From Zygnema circumcarinatum SAG 698-1b (taxonomy: Eukaryota; Plantae; Zygnematophyceae): a stretch of DNA of 64,000 bases. Shown piece by piece: positions 63,601 through 64,000 of the stretch; position 1 is the first letter of the stretch; the number at the start of each line of letters is the position of its first letter. Under the pieces are notes generated by a model, which had not been told where the DNA came from, searched no databases, and worked only from the letters and a program-made list of their open reading frames with translations. The translations under genes were made by a program, and so were the position numbers. The stretch spans positions 4,745,361-4,809,360 of the forward strand of contig CM074805.1 in NCBI GenBank assembly GCA_037447605.1, given 5' to 3'.

Positions 63601-64000
63601 CTGGATTAATCGAGTTCGAAATGGTTAAACACCAGATTACTTATAATCTTTCTTCATTCGTAGGTTGTCGTTCTTTATATAAACAAGCTACTTAAACAAG
63701 CCTGCTACTTTATTTTTTTGCGGTGGACTTCCGCAAAGCATATTATCTTTTAGAAAGCCGAATGTCTGAGGACGTACTGTTGTGAACCTTCAGCAATCAT
63801 GTCCACCCGTTGTTCTTTCCCTATTTCTTTTGATCGTTTCTAGCCAGAAACGGATCACTATCTATAGGATCCTTAACTCGCAGACATCGATATTCTGAGG
63901 AAATATCGGTTTTGTCTGGCTTTGCGTCTCATGGCTGGACTTTCCGCTGCCTCTTGAAGGCTTTCTCCAAATCTCATATCTTACAAGGCGCTGCTCTTCT
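60601..64000 (+). CDS. ORP3: Oxysterol-binding protein-related protein ORP3 (5' part; 3' exons lie beyond the window)
   Basis: [63 protein letters not shown]|VSHHPP signature, [61 protein letters not shown]. The last recognisable coding exon ends ~63200. Confidence 0.95.
60723..60752. repeat. Short (AACTGR)n hexamer run in ORP3 intron 1
   Basis: AAACTGGAACTGAAACTGAAACTGGAACTGG. Confidence 0.8.
63235..63585. repeat. G/A-rich low-complexity intron segment in ORP3
   Basis: Purine-dominated sequence after the KLLE donor. Confidence 0.75.

Overview
Gene-dense, intron-rich eukaryotic nuclear DNA from a streptophyte plant lineage. The gene families are plant-type, the proteins look diverged from my recollection of seed-plant orthologues, and introns are numerous; a streptophyte (charophyte) alga is my inference, and a bryophyte cannot be excluded. 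Genes reconstructed from GT-AG exon chains: GAUT1-like galacturonosyltransferase (-), a divergent orphan signal-anchored Pro/Ser/Thr-rich ORF (+), a BAR-like At2g33490-family protein (+), an unresolved probable multi-exon gene (+), mitochondrial ribosomal L43 (-), NOPCHAP1/DUF4598 (+), CWF19L2 (-), an ILR1/ILL-type M20 amidohydrolase (+), mitochondrial-type ClpX (+), RAR1 (-), a ~2290-aa multi-PHD/Q-rich protein with no visible SET domain (+), and the 5' part of ORP3 (+). Four gene pairs are head-to-head. Promoters carry telo-boxes, G-boxes and GTAC clusters, and several introns hold very long purine/pyrimidine tracts that create spurious ORFs. I see no CRISPR array, rRNA, intact tRNA or intact transposase. 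No new biological system is proven. The best leads are the GAUT1/orphan bidirectional unit, the trithorax/MLL-like SET-less PHD protein, and a composite inverted G-box plus telo-box element found in two promoters. All family assignments come from remembered motifs, not from database searches.
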